Notes: generated by a model not told the origin, from the sequence alone. A stretch of DNA of 64,000 nt from Candidatus Peribacteria bacterium (GCA_943357285.1 CALRGJ010000006.1:10428-74427), one strand, 5' to 3'; positions 55,007 through 63,392 are shown, numbered from the stretch's first letter. Program-made: numbers and translations.

Positions 55007-55825
55007 ATGAAACAATATTTAGACCTAGTCCGTGAAGTCCTCGAAAACGGCGAATCTAAAGCTGATCGTACTGGAACAGGTACTATTTCTGTTTTTGGTG
55101 CTCAGAAAAAATATGATCTTCGCGAAGGTTTCCCTATGGTGACTACAAAGAAGGTTAGCTACGGTGCCATTGTGAGGGAATTGCTTTGGTTCTTACGCGG
55201 TGCAACCAACATAAACGATGATCTTACTCAACACACACCAATATGGGATCCTTGGGCTAAGGAAGACGGTGAGCTCGGTCCTATTTATGGATATCAATGG
55301 AGGAAGTGGGAAAAGTTTGTGGAAGATCCTGAACATCCAGGTTTGTTCAAGAAAACTCACGTCGATCAGATCCAAAATGTCATTGATACTATTAAGAAAA
55401 ATCCAGATTCTCGCAGAATTATTGTGAGTGGATGGAATGTCGCTGATATTGAAAAAATGGCTTTGCCTCCATGCCATACTCTTTTTCAATTTTATGTGAC
55501 AAATGGTCGCCTCGATTTACAATTATATCAACGCAGCGCAGATATCGCTCTCGGCGTTCCTTACAATATTGCCAGCTATGCCACCCTTCTCATGATGATG
55601 GCTCAGGAATGTAATCTCATCCCTGGAATTTTCGTACACACAATTGGTGATGCTCACATTTACAGTAATCACATTGAAGGATTAAAAGAACAAATCACTC
55701 GTCCTACTCATAAACTTCCAACTCTTACAATTGCGAAGAAACCTTTCTGGGATCTAAAATTCGAAGACTTTACTCTCGAAGGATATGAACACGAAAAGTT
55801 TATTAAGTTTCCAATAGCTGTATGA
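55007..55825 (+). CDS. thyA: thymidylate synthase (ThyA type)
   Basis: MKQYLDL..., DRTGTGT, LPPCH.LFQFYV and [17 protein letters not shown]. Confidence 0.97.
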   Translation: MKQYLDLVREVLENGESKADRTGTGTISVFGAQKKYDLREGFPMVTTKKVSYGAIVRELLWFLRGATNINDDLTQHTPIWDPWAKEDGELGPIYGYQWRKWEKFVEDPEHPGLFKKTHVDQIQNVIDTIKKNPDSRRIIVSGWNVADIEKMALPPCHTLFQFYVTNGRLDLQLYQRSADIALGVPYNIASYATLLMMMAQECNLIPGIFVHTIGDAHIYSNHIEGLKEQITRPTHKLPTLTIAKKPFWDLKFEDFTLEGYEHEKFIKFPIAV

Positions 55826-56340
55826 AACATCCTATCTACATGATAGTCGCTGCCGATGAGCATCACGGTATTGGCAAAAATGGTCATTTACCTTGGAAGC
55901 TTCGTAAAGAATACAAATATTTTCGCGATACTACTCGTAAGACCGACAATCCTACTAAACAGAATATGGTTATCATGGGTCACAAGACTTGGGATTCTCT
56001 CGAACCTGAATTTCGCCCACTTCCAAATCGCCGTAATGTAGTTCTCACTCGTCACGCAGGTCTCACTGCCGAAGGCGCAGAAGTCTGCACTTCCATCGAT
56101 GAAGCCATCGCTCTTGCTGACGATAATATTGAAAAAATATTTGTTCTTGGGGGCGGCCAAATATTCAAAGAATTTATAAACGATCCTCGTCTCACCGGAG
56201 TATTTCTCACAAAAGTTCACAAGACTTTCGATTGCGACACTTTCTTTCCGGAAATTCCTTCTACATTCAAAGAGCCTCAAAAACTCGGTTCCGATGAAGA
56301 GAACGAAATAAGTTATGACTTCTTGCTCTACACAAAATAA
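55822..56340 (+). CDS. folA: dihydrofolate reductase
   Basis: [19 protein letters not shown] and VLGGGQIF. It overlaps the thyA stop by 4 nt. Confidence 0.93.
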   Translation: MKHPIYMIVAADEHHGIGKNGHLPWKLRKEYKYFRDTTRKTDNPTKQNMVIMGHKTWDSLEPEFRPLPNRRNVVLTRHAGLTAEGAEVCTSIDEAIALADDNIEKIFVLGGGQIFKEFINDPRLTGVFLTKVHKTFDCDTFFPEIPSTFKEPQKLGSDEENEISYDFLLYTK

Positions 56341-56823
56341 TTATTCTTGTGCTGCTTCATCCAATGCCTTCACGTCTCTTGCAACCTCGTCTGGATGATC
56401 GCTAGGAGATACTTTGATGTAATGCTTTACAACTTTTCCTTCTCTATCTATTAGGAATGAATCACGACGAATTCCCATGTAGGTTTTTCCATACATAGAT
56501 TTTTCTGTCCAGACTCCATATTTATTAATCACTTTTTTATCTTCATCAGAAAGCAGTGGGAAGTTCAATTTCTGTGCCATTACAAATTTTCTGTGAGACT
56601 CTGTGCTGTCCGCACTTACGCCCAAAACTTGTACGCCAAGTTTTCTCAAGTAATTCAGCTTATCTCTAAAACATTGAGCCTCTATCGTGCATCCGGGAGT
56701 TGCATCTTTTGGATAAAAATACAGCAATATCCACTGGCCTTTATAATCAGCCAAAGAACGCACTTCATCATCCTGATCTTTTAGTTTAAAATCAGGAGCT
56801 TTCTTGTTTACTAAGTCTGCCAT
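56341..56823 (-). CDS. bcp: thioredoxin-dependent peroxiredoxin (Bcp type)
   Basis: YFYPKDATPGCTIEAQCFRD active-site region. Confidence 0.93.
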   Translation of the reverse strand: MADLVNKKAPDFKLKDQDDEVRSLADYKGQWILLYFYPKDATPGCTIEAQCFRDKLNYLRKLGVQVLGVSADSTESHRKFVMAQKLNFPLLSDEDKKVINKYGVWTEKSMYGKTYMGIRRDSFLIDREGKVVKHYIKVSPSDHPDEVARDVKALDEAAQE

Positions 56824-56825
56824 AA

Positions 56826-57599
56826 TTATTTTGTTGTCTTTAATATCGGTTCAATTACAGCTTGGAATTTTTCGAATGGTTGAGCGCCGCTAATAATTTG
56901 TCCGTTAATTATGAATCCTGGAGTTCCATTGATTCCTGCACTTTGACCCGCTTTTTGATCCGCTTCAATTTCATCTTTAAATTTATCACTATCAAAACAA
57001 GTTTTTAATTCAGTCTTATTGATGCCTAGGCTCACCGCAAATTTGCTCATTGCGTCATAATCAAATTTTCCATTCTGCACTGTCTCAAATAATTTATCGT
57101 GCACTTTATAGTAATCTGCATCTGGATTTTTTGAAACACTTCTAGCGCATTCAGCAAATAGAGCTGAAGGGTAAGCGTAAGGATGGAAGCTAAGAGGGAA
57201 GTCACGGAATACTAACTTCGCTTTTCCTGTGTCTATGTATTGGCTCTTAATTTTTAGATAAGCTTCATTTTCAAAAATTCCGCAATAAGGACATTGATAG
57301 TCAGAAAATTCTACGATTGTTACAGGGGCATCTTTATCACCAAGTACGGCGTCATCATCCGTAAAATCTCCTTCAACGAATTTAGGTTTAGCTGCTTCAG
57401 CTTGAGCATCTGCAGATTTTTTCTGTTCATTCTCAATATAAGCCTCTATACCTTTAAAAACTTTTGTCTGCAAAACATCATCTGTTAAATTGCCATTAGA
57501 AATTTTAACTCCAAAAAATACTAGAGAACCGGAAATTGCTACTGATGCAAAAAGTATCGCTGCAATTACATTTTTAGAATTCTTATCATTAAGGTTCAT
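56826..57599 (-). CDS. membrane-anchored DsbA-family thiol:disulfide oxidoreductase
   Basis: N-terminal TM. FSDYQCPYC active site. GINGTPGFIING near the C-terminus. Confidence 0.85.
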   Translation of the reverse strand: MNLNDKNSKNVIAAILFASVAISGSLVFFGVKISNGNLTDDVLQTKVFKGIEAYIENEQKKSADAQAEAAKPKFVEGDFTDDDAVLGDKDAPVTIVEFSDYQCPYCGIFENEAYLKIKSQYIDTGKAKLVFRDFPLSFHPYAYPSALFAECARSVSKNPDADYYKVHDKLFETVQNGKFDYDAMSKFAVSLGINKTELKTCFDSDKFKDEIEADQKAGQSAGINGTPGFIINGQIISGAQPFEKFQAVIEPILKTTK

Positions 57600-57696
57600 A
57601 TAAAAATAGTTAGGAATTTGCTGACGAATTATAGACCAAGCGGATATATATTCAAAGTTTTTTGTGAATTTCTCTTTTTTAATTTATGATACACAC

Positions 57697-58461
57697 ATGA
57701 AATTAATTTCTTGGAATGTAAACGGTCTTCGCGCTGCCGAAAAGAAAGGCTTTATAAAATGGCTTCACAAAGAGAAACCGGACATTATTGGGCTGCAGGA
57801 AATTAAGGGACACGAGCATCAATTCAGTAAAGAATTATTAGCTCCGGATCATTATCATGCTTATTTTAATCCGGCTCAAAGGAAGGGATATTCTGGTACA
57901 GCTATTTATACTAAAGTTCAACCTCATGAGATTTTGAATGGCTTCGGCGTTGAAAAATTCGATTCCGAAGGGCGTACGCAAATTGCTGATTACGGAGATT
58001 TTGTTTTTATAAATATATATTTTCCTAATGGGCAGAGGGATCAGGAAAGATTGGATTACAAAATGGCTTTCTACGATGAGGCTTTGAAATATTTTGATAA
58101 ATGTGTGAAGGAAGGGAAGAAACTTTTTATTACCGGAGATTACAATACAGCGCACAAAGAAATAGATCTTGCTCGTCCTAAAGAAAATGAGGGGACTTCC
58201 GGCTTCTTACCAATTGAACGCCGATGGCTAGATAAATTAGTGGACCATGGATTCATTGATTGTTTCCGCGAATTTAATAAAACTCCGGAGTGTTACACTT
58301 GGTGGAGTATGCGTGGTGGTGCGAGATATAGAAATGTTGGCTGGAGAATTGATTATTTTTTCTGCTCAAAAAACGCTCGCAGCATGGTGAAAGATTGTTA
58401 CCATTTGCCTGAGATAATGGGATCGGATCATTGTCCGGTGGTGCTTTTTATTACACCTTGA
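57697..58461 (+). CDS. xth: exodeoxyribonuclease III
   Basis: The ATG at 57697 gives MKLISWNVNGLRA...GLQEIK...GDYNTAH...WWSMRGGARYRNVGWRIDY...GSDHCPV. Confidence 0.93.
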   Translation: MKLISWNVNGLRAAEKKGFIKWLHKEKPDIIGLQEIKGHEHQFSKELLAPDHYHAYFNPAQRKGYSGTAIYTKVQPHEILNGFGVEKFDSEGRTQIADYGDFVFINIYFPNGQRDQERLDYKMAFYDEALKYFDKCVKEGKKLFITGDYNTAHKEIDLARPKENEGTSGFLPIERRWLDKLVDHGFIDCFREFNKTPECYTWWSMRGGARYRNVGWRIDYFFCSKNARSMVKDCYHLPEIMGSDHCPVVLFITP

Positions 58462-58472
58462 AAGAACTGGCA

Positions 58473-58488
58473 GGGTAGTAATTATAGA
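58473..58488 (+). repeat. motif copy L: GGGTAGTAA-tt-ATAGA
   Basis: Read directly. It is the left boundary of the GC island. Confidence 0.8.
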
Positions 58489-58554
58489 GGTTCGAGGTCC
58501 GGGACGGCGCTTTGACTGTGGCTTTCGCCACGTCGCAGCAATCCTTCTCGAAAA

Positions 58555-58573
58555 TCTATTCACATTACTACCC
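58555..58573 (-). repeat. motif copy M: GGGTAGTAA-tgtga-ATAGA (on minus strand)
   Basis: The plus strand reads TCTAT-tcaca-TTACTACCC. It pairs with copy L to close a ~100-nt hairpin. Confidence 0.8.
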
Positions 58574-58658
58574 AACCAGCTCAGTCATCGTCTCCGCGGA
58601 GCTCGCCCAGCTTTGGGGGTCATCGCCATGCGGATTGGATTGTAGTAGCCCTCGGGAC

Positions 58659-58686
58659 GGTCACGTAGCGAGCTCTGCTACTGACC
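58659..58686 (-). terminator. GC-rich stem-loop 10 nt after the second mini-ORF (no T-run)
   Basis: Minus strand: GGTCAGTAGC-agagctc-GCTAC(g)TGACC. Confidence 0.3.
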
Positions 58687-58696
58687 GTACCTTTGG

Positions 58697-58864
58697 CTAC
58701 GCGCGGCTGCCGGCACGGCGAGCACCGAGTCGCTGCACCTCCTTGCGGTGGTGAGCGATCTCGTTCACGGGGACATCGTGGTTCGGTCGGCACGACGTGC
58801 AGCGAACCGTCTTCTGCTTGGAGCCCTGGGAGGGCTTCATTTGCCGATCATCTCGTTTAGACAT
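58697..58864 (-). CDS. 55-aa Arg/Lys-rich protein with CX2CX3HX8H motif (not in supplied ORF track)
   Basis: gaGGAGAAAtcaccgATG. Hand translation: MSKRDDRQMKPSQGSKQKTVRCTSCRPNHDVPVNEIAHHRKEVQRLGARRAGSRA-stop. GC3-rich codons. It is a paralogue of the upstream ORF in the V.CT.C.RP.H....A.H segment. Confidence 0.45.
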   Translation of the reverse strand: MSKRDDRQMKPSQGSKQKTVRCTSCRPNHDVPVNEIAHHRKEVQRLGARRAGSRA

Positions 58865-58911
58865 CGGTGATTTCTCCTCTTGGGGCGCCGTAGCGCCGGT
58901 TGTTCGTGTTG

Positions 58912-59172
58912 TCAGACGCCGAGAACCTTGCGGATCTCGGTCGGCATGTGCTCTGCAGGAACGTGCGCATAGGCAGCGCGCATGTTGCGCAGACGGATGA
59001 CGGCCTCGCGGTCGCTCACCGGGGCGGGGGGCTGCTGCTGACGCGTGGCCTTGCGGTCACCCTTGCTCGCGAGCGAGTTGAGGTGCGCGGCGAGGTCCTT
59101 GCTTTGCAGCTTGTGGGGGCGATCGCACTCGGTGCAGGTGACGTAGTCCCGGCGATTGGGCTGAATACGCAT
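58912..59172 (-). CDS. 86-aa basic protein with CX2CX3HX9H motif
   Basis: caGGAGAAAccaagcATG. Protein begins MRIQPNRRDYVTCTECDRPHKLQSKDLAAHLNSL... GC3-rich codon usage is consistent over the whole ORF. Confidence 0.55.
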   Translation of the reverse strand: MRIQPNRRDYVTCTECDRPHKLQSKDLAAHLNSLASKGDRKATRQQQPPAPVSDREAVIRLRNMRAAYAHVPAEHMPTEIRKVLGV

Positions 59173-59197
59173 GCTTGGTTTCTCCTGACGGTGAACT

Positions 59198-59217
59198 CTC
59201 GAGATTTCTTTCTCGAG
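59198..59217. promoter_or_regulatory. perfect palindrome CTCGAGA-N6-TCTCGAG in the leader of the 86-aa ORF
   Basis: Read directly. It lies between the putative minus-strand promoter (59299-59273) and the SD (59185-59179). Confidence 0.35.
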
Positions 59218-59274
59218 TGTGTGGTTGGTTCCTCGGGATACTACATTTCTCCCGAAGACTCTGTAACGTGAAAT

Positions 59275-59289
59275 TCTATGTTACTACCC
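59275..59289 (-). repeat. motif copy R: GGGTAGTAA-c-ATAGA (on minus strand)
   Basis: The plus strand reads TCTAT-g-TTACTACCC. It is the right boundary and lies between a TTGACA and a TAGAAT on the minus strand. Confidence 0.8.
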
Positions 59290-59588
59290 TTGTTGTCAAA
59301 TTGTGAACGGTCGAACTTCGACCGCTCTCAAATTGCTTTGGAGGGGAGTTACAAGACCTTCACGGACAAGGATACTATTAGAAACTTCTCGATCACGCAA
59401 GGGTAAATTCGTTAATCAGTATAATGTTTTTTGACAGGAGTCAAGTTTTGCTTTAAATCGTACGAATTAATTTAGGAAAATTTTAAGAAAATTTAAGAAA
59501 CGCCTGTTACCATTTTAGGCAAGCAAAGATTTCACAAAGATCTTTGCAATTAAAAAAAATACTACTATTATTCGTAACCCAAGATCAC

Positions 59589-60212
59589 ATGAAAAAGGAA
59601 ATTATGACTCTCTCAAAATTAGCAGCAAATGTAGGTCAGTTCTCTGTGCTAGTAAAAAAACTATCTGTTAATGTAGATAAATTATCAACCAGGATAGTAG
59701 AAATGGATGAGAAGTTTGAAAAGAGATTCGATGGCGTAGATAAAAAAATCGATGGAGTAGATAAAAAAATAGATGCAGTGGATAAAAAAGTCGATGCAGT
59801 GGAGAAAAAAATCGGTGCAGTGGATAAAAAAGTCGATGCAGTAGAGAAAAAAGTCGATGCAGTGGAGAAGAGATTAACTGTCGTGGAAGATCAATTTGAT
59901 AGTCTAGCCTCTTCGACAGCCAGTGGTTTTTTGCACTTGCAAAATCATTTTGACAAACGCTTTTTAGAGATGGATGAAAGACTCTCCAGTCTGGAAGAGA
60001 GGGTCTCGGCCATTGATCAGCACATCAGTAAAATGCATCTGGACGTTGTTGATATAAAAGTTGATGTGAAAGAATTGAGAGACAGAATATCTTCTCTAGA
60101 ATGTAGAGTTGCAGGCTTGGAATATAGAAGTGGACGAGTGGAAGACGCTGTCGTTTCGCTGGAAGAACGCATCTCACACATAGAGAATCAGCTCGGACTC
60201 TCCAAAGTTTAG
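59589..60212 (+). CDS. coiled-coil protein with heptad tandem repeats
   Basis: The ATG at 59589 gives MKKEIMTLSKL...; the track starts at a TTG at 59544. Central (G/A)VDKK(I/V)D x7, then further heptad-like sequence. Confidence 0.6.
   Translation: MKKEIMTLSKLAANVGQFSVLVKKLSVNVDKLSTRIVEMDEKFEKRFDGVDKKIDGVDKKIDAVDKKVDAVEKKIGAVDKKVDAVEKKVDAVEKRLTVVEDQFDSLASSTASGFLHLQNHFDKRFLEMDERLSSLEERVSAIDQHISKMHLDVVDIKVDVKELRDRISSLECRVAGLEYRSGRVEDAVVSLEERISHIENQLGLSKV
59730..59876 (+). repeat. 7 tandem copies of a 21-bp coding repeat
   Basis: The unit gatgSMgtRgaKaaaaaaRtc is repeated head-to-tail from 59730. The units encode DGVDKKI/DAVDKKV/DAVEKKI and similar. Confidence 0.9.
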
Positions 60213-60221
60213 ACAAAAGTT

Positions 60222-61316
60222 TTAGTTCAAAAACCCAAACTTCTTATCTATCCATTTATTTTTTGAATACACTTTTTTGCCGTCGAAATATATTTCTGCT
60301 TCCGCCCAATCAAAACGATAAATTAAATCCCAGTGCACGCTGGAATCATTGCCATTTGGACATTCTTCATAGCATCTTCCCAAAGCCATATGCAGACTCT
60401 TTCCCATTTTTTCATCGAATAAAATCTGGCGAGTGCCTTGTTTAATCATGTCATTCAAACCAAAAGCAAACTCACCGTAATAGCGAGATCCAGCATCCGT
60501 ATCTAGAATTTCTGTCACGCCTTTTTGATTGTTTGATTCTTCCTTGATTACTTTTCCATCCTTCAGCCACAACTTCACCCAATCAAAATCTTGTGACTGA
60601 TAATGAGTTGGTACATTGTAACGAATCACTCCATTCACAGAAGTTCTAATAGGTGCTGTAAAAATTTCTCCATCTGGCAAATTGCGCTTTCCGCAGCAAG
60701 TTTTCCATTTCTGACCGGCAATAGATAAGGTCAGGTCAGTCTCCTTTCCGGTAATTTTCACATCTTTCACTTTCAACATCAATTCCTTGAATTTTATTTC
60801 CATTTTCTCCACTTGTTTCCAATCTAGTAGGCAAGTATCGAACACAAATTCCTCCCATTCTTCCAAGCTTTTCTTTGCCAACATTGCTGACGCCACATTT
60901 GGATAATAGAAAAGACACCAACGTTTTGTATGCAAAATATCACCAATAACTTTACGAGATTTTTGTACTGCATAAACTTTTTTAATATCCACGTCACTCA
61001 TCTCATAAGGATTGGCATCAGCCACAATCTGTACCATTGCATCATAACTATCTGCCACTTTTTTATCCAAGTCGCTGAGATATTCCATTTGCTCTTTATT
61101 AGCATGATCAAAAAAAACTTTGCTCAATTCATCATGACCAAATTTTACATCTACTTGAATAGCACCAGCTTTAATACATTCGCGATAAAGCTCTTTAATC
61201 AAAGGAAAACCATCGAAACCATAAGCACGAATTAAAATCTTTTCACCTTTCTTTACTGCAATAGAATAGTTAGCAATTATATCCGCCAACTTCTTTAATT
61301 TTTGTTTATCAACCAT
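60222..61316 (-). CDS. M29 family aminopeptidase (AmpS/PepS-like)
   Basis: LADIIANYSIAVKKGEKILIR...CIKAGA, GEFAFGLN and HMALG motifs. Confidence 0.88.
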   Translation of the reverse strand: MVDKQKLKKLADIIANYSIAVKKGEKILIRAYGFDGFPLIKELYRECIKAGAIQVDVKFGHDELSKVFFDHANKEQMEYLSDLDKKVADSYDAMVQIVADANPYEMSDVDIKKVYAVQKSRKVIGDILHTKRWCLFYYPNVASAMLAKKSLEEWEEFVFDTCLLDWKQVEKMEIKFKELMLKVKDVKITGKETDLTLSIAGQKWKTCCGKRNLPDGEIFTAPIRTSVNGVIRYNVPTHYQSQDFDWVKLWLKDGKVIKEESNNQKGVTEILDTDAGSRYYGEFAFGLNDMIKQGTRQILFDEKMGKSLHMALGRCYEECPNGNDSSVHWDLIYRFDWAEAEIYFDGKKVYSKNKWIDKKFGFLN

Positions 61317-61375
61317 GGAATGAGTATAAGAAAATACTGCGAAAAATATATCACATCAGACCACCCAAAATAAAA

Positions 61376-62644
61376 TTATTTTCTTACCTGCCCATTTCCT
61401 CTAGCAATCCATTTGTAGCTTGTGAGTTCTTTTATTCCCATTGGGCCACGAGCATGGAGTTTTTGTGTGCTTATGCCAACTTCCGCTCCTAAACCAAATT
61501 CACCGCCATCAGTGAATCTTGTGGAAGCATTCACGTACACACAGGCCGCATCCACGGCTTTGAGGAATTTTTCTGCGCTCTCTCTGTTTTCAGTAATTAT
61601 TGATTCGCTGTGTTTAGAACCAAAATTGGCAATGTGCTCCAAAGCCTCATCTAAACTATTCACAGTTTTCACCGCCATTTTCAAAGAAAGATATTCCATA
61701 CCAAAATTTTCTTCACTAGCTTTGTGTAAAAGATCTTTTGGATAATCTCCCTCAAGAATTTTATAAGCTTCTCCATCAGCAAAAATTTCCACTTTTTTTT
61801 CTTCCATTGTCCTTACAATTCTCTGTAAATCCTTCAGTCTGGAATTATGAATAATCAAAGTATCTAATGCATTGCATACGCTTGGACGGCTTACTTTAGC
61901 GTTGAAGACAATCTCTCTTCCTTTTTCTAAATCTCCTTCTTCGTCGAAATAAGTATGTACCACTCCAGCTCCGGTCTCTATTACCGGAATCATAGAATTT
62001 TCACGCACAAATTTAATTAAACCTTGCCCACCTCGTGGAATTAACACATCTACGTATTTGTCCTGCTTCATAAACTCCGCCAAAAGTTCGCGGTCGTTTT
62101 TTAAAAGTAAAACTAAATCACTCATGAATGAATTCTCTTCTCCAGCCACTTTAATTGCCTCGGAAATTATCTCCGCCAAAACTCCATTTGAATTTCCAGA
62201 CTGAGATCCACCCTTCATCACACAAGCATTTCTAGATTTAAAACAAAGAGCAAAAATATCAATTACTACATTTGGCCTCGCTTCAAAAACACAACCAACT
62301 ACGCCAAACGGCACACTAACTTTTCTCAAATCTAAGCCGTTTTCTAGCACTTTATGCTCTAGCTCAATTCCGACAGGGGAGTCATATTTAGCAATTTCTC
62401 TCACGCTCTCTGCCATCGCCAAAATTCTTTTTTCATTCAATAAAACTCTGTCATACATCGCATCATTCTTATCCATCTTTGCTAAATCTTTTTCGTTCTC
62501 AATCAAAATTTTCGCCACATTTTTTTCTAGTAATCCTGCCAATTTCGTCATAACCTGGGTTATAACTTTTTCTTCAGTCATCACAAATTTGCGGCTCGCT
62601 GCCTGCACTTTTGCTAAAGCTTGTTGTAAATTAAATTCACTCAT
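61376..62644 (-). CDS. proA: glutamate-5-semialdehyde dehydrogenase
   Basis: VGCVFEARPNV, IPRGG..LI, CNALDTLI and VNASTRFTDGGEFG. Confidence 0.95.
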   Translation of the reverse strand: MSEFNLQQALAKVQAASRKFVMTEEKVITQVMTKLAGLLEKNVAKILIENEKDLAKMDKNDAMYDRVLLNEKRILAMAESVREIAKYDSPVGIELEHKVLENGLDLRKVSVPFGVVGCVFEARPNVVIDIFALCFKSRNACVMKGGSQSGNSNGVLAEIISEAIKVAGEENSFMSDLVLLLKNDRELLAEFMKQDKYVDVLIPRGGQGLIKFVRENSMIPVIETGAGVVHTYFDEEGDLEKGREIVFNAKVSRPSVCNALDTLIIHNSRLKDLQRIVRTMEEKKVEIFADGEAYKILEGDYPKDLLHKASEENFGMEYLSLKMAVKTVNSLDEALEHIANFGSKHSESIITENRESAEKFLKAVDAACVYVNASTRFTDGGEFGLGAEVGISTQKLHARGPMGIKELTSYKWIARGNGQVRK

Positions 62645-62645
62645 T

Positions 62646-63389
62646 TTATTTGTTTAACTCTTCATTTCTTTTTAAAGCCGCTTCTCCACCTTTCTCAAAA
62701 ACTTTCCCCAAACCTTCTGCTTCCATCACTTTCACTCCAGCTTCTGTGAGGCCACCTTTAGAGCTCACTTTTTTTCTCATATCAGTTAAATTCCAATTAT
62801 TATTTTTCACCACTTCTCCAGTTCCAATCAAAGTCTGTCTCGCGACCTTTTCCGCTTCTTCTTCAGATAAACCATGCTTCACTAGAAATCCTGCCATTTG
62901 TTCACCAAAATAGGCGATAAATCCTGGACCGCAGCCACTTACGACTCCTATTGAACTAATTTTTGATTCATCATCCACTTCCATCTCCTTCCCGAAATTA
63001 GTCAAAATTTCTTTCACAAGAACTTTTTCGTCCTCAGAAATTTCTTCAGCAGCTTTCCAAATAGTCAAAGACTCTCCAACTTTCAAAGCTAGATTTGGTA
63101 GTGTCCTAAGCACTTTATCTGTTTTCAGTGCAGCTTTTATTTTTTCAATTCCAATTCCAGCCATAATAGAAATAACCAATTTTCCACTCATATCAATTGT
63201 GATACTTTCTGCCAATTCGCCAAACACCTGTGGCTTCACCGCAATTATCACCACGTCCACTTGTTCCATTTTTTTGTTCACATCTTCTCCTTTTTCGCAT
63301 CCAATCAGCTCAAAACCGCCACGCTCATTCAATATATCCATCATCGCTTTTCCCATATTTCCCATTCCGACTATGCAGATTTTTTTCAT
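62646..63389 (-). CDS. proC: pyrroline-5-carboxylate reductase
   Basis: IVGMGNMGKAM, IIAVKPQ and the C-terminal SKGGLTEAG motif. It lies 1 nt from proA. Confidence 0.9.
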   Translation of the reverse strand: MKKICIVGMGNMGKAMMDILNERGGFELIGCEKGEDVNKKMEQVDVVIIAVKPQVFGELAESITIDMSGKLVISIMAGIGIEKIKAALKTDKVLRTLPNLALKVGESLTIWKAAEEISEDEKVLVKEILTNFGKEMEVDDESKISSIGVVSGCGPGFIAYFGEQMAGFLVKHGLSEEEAEKVARQTLIGTGEVVKNNNWNLTDMRKKVSSKGGLTEAGVKVMEAEGLGKVFEKGGEAALKRNEELNK

Positions 63390-63392
63390 AGT

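Larger units (their letters stand above)
58471..59292 (-). mobile_element. GC-rich foreign island bounded by imperfect inverted repeats (possible non-autonomous mobile or regulatory cassette)
   Basis: There is an abrupt composition shift. By hand count, 42 of 60 bases are G/C in 58681-58740, against 21 of 60 in 59701-59760. The ends are CAGGGTAGTAATTATAGAGG (58471-58490) and the reverse complement of ATTCTATGTTACTACCCTTG (59273-59292). The island holds two SD-preceded minus-strand ORFs. It contains no transposase or integrase ORF, and I found no target-site duplication. Confidence 0.45.

Noticed and set aside
58488-58510. GAGGTTCGAGGTCCGGGAC resembles a tRNA T-loop (GGTTCGA) or the RNase P GAAAGTCCGGGC box, which raised the idea of a tmRNA, RNase P or tRNA-like gene explaining the GC island
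   Set aside because: No acceptor or T-stem complement is present, there is no tag reading frame, and the other universally conserved RNase P or tmRNA boxes are not found in 58462-59400.
58512-59271. Plus-strand ORFs in the GC island (58512-58754, 58797-59000, 58900-59271)
   Set aside because: They have no SD, start at arbitrary positions, and have compositions typical of antisense frames of GC3-rich genes. The minus-strand ORFs have SD sequences and a shared motif. This remains uncertain without homologues.
58456-59300. Target-site duplication flanking the inverted repeats of the GC island
   Set aside because: The sequences immediately outside the repeats (..aaagaactgg / ttgtcaaatt..) share no direct repeat, so classical transposition is unsupported.
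59730-59876. CRISPR-like array
   Set aside because: The repeats are contiguous 21-mers without spacers, lie inside an ORF and encode heptads. No cas genes are present anywhere in the window.
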